Shown here in pieces: positions 61,495-64,000 of a DNA stretch of 64,000 nucleotides (within the stretch, counting starts at the first letter, position 1; each line of letters starts with the position of its first letter). The notes below the pieces were generated by a model, which did no database searches, was not told where the DNA came from, and saw only the letters and a list, made by a program, of their open reading frames with translations. Where the stretch lies: NCBI RefSeq assembly GCF_030144855.1, contig NC_082722.1, forward strand, positions 63,302,001-63,366,000. Reading direction: 5' to 3'. A program made the translations under genes and the position numbers. This stretch comes from Hypanus sabinus (taxonomy: Eukaryota).

Positions 61495-63100
61495 CAGTAA
61501 GCGTGTACAGTTTGTGAACACTTTGTAATTACTTGGCTTTCTGCATTAATTATAATATGTAGTCTGCTCTTCATGTAGGTCACAATAATAGACAAAACAA
61601 TCTGCATAAACTAATAACACATGAACAATTGTACTTTATCTGTCTTTACTGAACATGTTGTTTAATTATTCACAGTCCAGGCTGGAAGAAGTATGTGAAC
61701 CCTTGTATTTAATAACTGGTAAAATAATCGTCAGCAGCAATAACCTCTGTCAAATGTTTCCTGTAGCTGCTGCTTAGACTTGCACAACAGCAGGGAGGAA
61801 TCTTAGACCATTCCTCCAGTCAAAACTGTTTCAGTTCATCAATATTTTTTGGATATCTTGCATGAACAGCTTCAGGTCATGCCACAGCATCTCAATTGGG
61901 TTAAGGCCTGGACTCTGATTTGGCTATTCCAAAACACTAATTTTCCTTTTTTTTTTAACCATTCTCTTGTTGGTTTACTCTTGTGTTTCGGACCATTATG
62001 TTGTTGCATCATCCACCATCTATTAAGCTTCAGGGGATATGACCTCTACCCTGACATTCTCTTGTAAAAATGTCTTAATACAATTTTGTATTCATTGTTC
62101 CCTCAGAGATTATAAGCTGTTGAGGCCCTGAGGCAGCAAAGCAGACCGAAATGAAGATGTTCCTTCCACCATGCTACACAATTGGGGTGAGGATTTGGTG
62201 TGAAGTGCGGTGCCCACCCATTTTCCTCAAAACGTAGTGTGCATTTCTGCTGAAAAGTTCAACTTTGGTCTCATCTGTCCACAGAACATAGGCCCAGAAG
62301 CATTGTAAAACATCCAGGTTGTCTTTTGCAAACTTGAGATGAGCAGCAATTTTTTTTTCTGGAGAGTGGTAGTTTCCTCCATGGTGTCCTTCCATGAGCC
62401 ATTGTTGTTCAGTGCTTTTCTTACAGTGGACAGGTGAACAGTGACTTTAGCAAGTTCTGGAGATTTCTGCAGGTCTTTTGCTGTTACCCTTGGGTTCTTT
62501 TTCACCTCATTCAGCATTTCCAGTTGTGCTTTTGGTGTGATGTTTGCAGGATGCCCACTCCTAGGGAGAGTAGCAACATTGCTGAATTTCCTCCATTTGA
62601 AGACAATTTTTCTTACTGCGGACTGATGAACACTCAGTTCTTTAGAAATGCTTTTGTAGCTTTTTTCAGCTGCATGCATCACTATAGTTCTTCTTCTAAG
62701 GTCCTCTGAAAGTTGTTTTGATTGAGGCATGGTGCACATAAACAGATCTTTCTTGAGAAGAGCAGTCTCTGCTGGTAACCTGACTTTGTGTGTTGTTTTT
62801 AGAGGGCAGGGCACCTCTACAACCCACACCTCTAATCTCATCTCATTGATTGGAACACCTAACTCCAAAAAGCTTTTATAGAAGACTTTGCCCAGAGGTT
62901 CAGGCTTTTTTGAACCTAGACTGTGATCGTTTAAATGATGTACTCAGTATCGACGAGAAGTACAATTGTGTGTTATTAGTTTAGGCAGATTGTGTTTGTC
63001 TATTATTGTGACTTAGATGAAGATCAGACCGTATTTTATGAGTAATTAATGCAAAAAACTAGGTAACGGCAAAAGGTTCACAAAGTTTTTCTTGCAACTG
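61495..63100 (-). mobile_element. Full-length Tc1 (IR/DR type) DNA transposon with frameshifted transposase (~61709-62730)
   Basis: TA|CAGT...ACTG|TA with ~210-bp imperfect TIRs carrying inner and outer TGTGAAC repeats. Translates MPQSKQLSEDLRRR...LPRSGHPANITP...KNPRVTAKDLQ and VLWTDETKVELF. Length 1606 bp. Confidence 0.93.
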
Positions 63101-63384
63101 TACATGTAAGCATAATCCAGTCCGATGTTACTGTGTTGAGAATGGATTTTGTTCACCGAAAAGGGACAGTCTGTCTGAAATTTTAACAGATGCCTCTCCT
63201 CACCAACCAGCGAGTCATATTGCTGTTCTCAACTCCCTTTCCAACTGAAATAAATTCCACAGTAGCAAGCTCAACATTTGCATTAAAAAAAAATATATAT
63301 ATAAAGCAATTTCTAGAACATGCCAGAAATTGGTTGGCATTGAAATCTGAGCACCTTTTTGTTTATGGTTTGATATTCCAAAAC

Positions 63385-63735
63385 TAAGGGGCTCAGGTAC
63401 ATGGTAAGAGGGGGAGGAAGAGATGTAAAAGAGACCTGACAGGTAAATTTTTACATAGAGGGTCACGTATCTAAAATGAGTTGCCAGATGAAGTGGTCAA
63501 AGCAGGTACAGTTTGCAGCTTGGGATTTCCAGTCTGGGATCCACAGACCCCTTGCTTAATAGTATTGGTGCATAGCATAAAAAAGTTATGAACCCCTGTT
63601 TTAAGAGGTATTTGGATAAGTACATGGAGGGGAGGGGCTTGCAGGGATGTGCGTGAACATGGGCCACTGGGACTAGCAGGGTAGTCGGCATGGACATTTT
63701 GGGCCAAAAGGCCTGTTTCTGTGCTGTATTACTCT
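63385..63735 (+). mobile_element. CR1 LINE 3' fragment
   Basis: AAAACTAAGGGGCTCAGGT..GAGTTGCCAGATGAAGTGGT..TTGGATAAGTACATGG..GGGCCAAAAGGCCTGTTTCTGTGCTGTATTACTCT. Confidence 0.75.
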
Positions 63736-64000
63736 GCGGCTGTAACCTCAGGAGTGAAGAAAGATGAGGATACAACCCACAAGCAATTCCTCAATATCTT
63801 CCATAAAAGATATTGAGAATCAGTGGGTTGTGATGTTTAAATTCATTCAAATTGAATATGCATACACTTCACATTTTGCTGATCATTTTTATGCTTAATG
63901 CAAAAAGGAGGAATAAACACAGAGTTTCAATAACTTATACAAAATAGCTAATTTGCATAACTCATAAATAAGATGTCTTTTCACTTTTCAGTTCTGATAA

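Noticed and set aside
63960-64000. Pyrimidine tract plus CAG at the window end as a possible MTHFSD exon 2 acceptor
   Set aside because: Joining to exon 1 gives V-L-I, which I cannot match to MTHFSD, and only 9 nt are visible.

Overview
Vertebrate genomic DNA, most likely a cartilaginous fish (ray or shark), inferred from a repeat landscape of CR1, Penelope-like, Rex1-type, V-SINE and Deu-SINE families. The window holds part of the conserved FOXF1-MTHFSD-FOXC2-FOXL1 cluster. FOXL1 (6194-7648) and FOXC2 (15418-16836) are single-exon genes on the minus strand, inside a transposon-poor, CpG-retaining block (~2.7-22.4 kb). A probable 28-nt first coding exon of MTHFSD, missed by the ORF track, lies on the plus strand in a CpG island at ~60.9 kb. 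The 44 kb between FOXC2 and MTHFSD is filled with nested transposon remnants: CR1, L1, RTE, Rex1-type, Penelope-like with decayed minimal hammerhead ribozymes, Gypsy, a young solo LTR and Tc1/MITEs, plus short unique islands that may be enhancers. I found no demonstrably new biological system. The best leads are a cluster of FOX:ETS composite sites between FOXC2 and FOXL1, a twin-primed (5'-inverted) L1 with a TSD, Penelope hammerhead remnants, and short head-plus-tail RTE derivatives. Repeat boundaries were read by eye and are approximate. Family names come from recognised motifs, not database searches.
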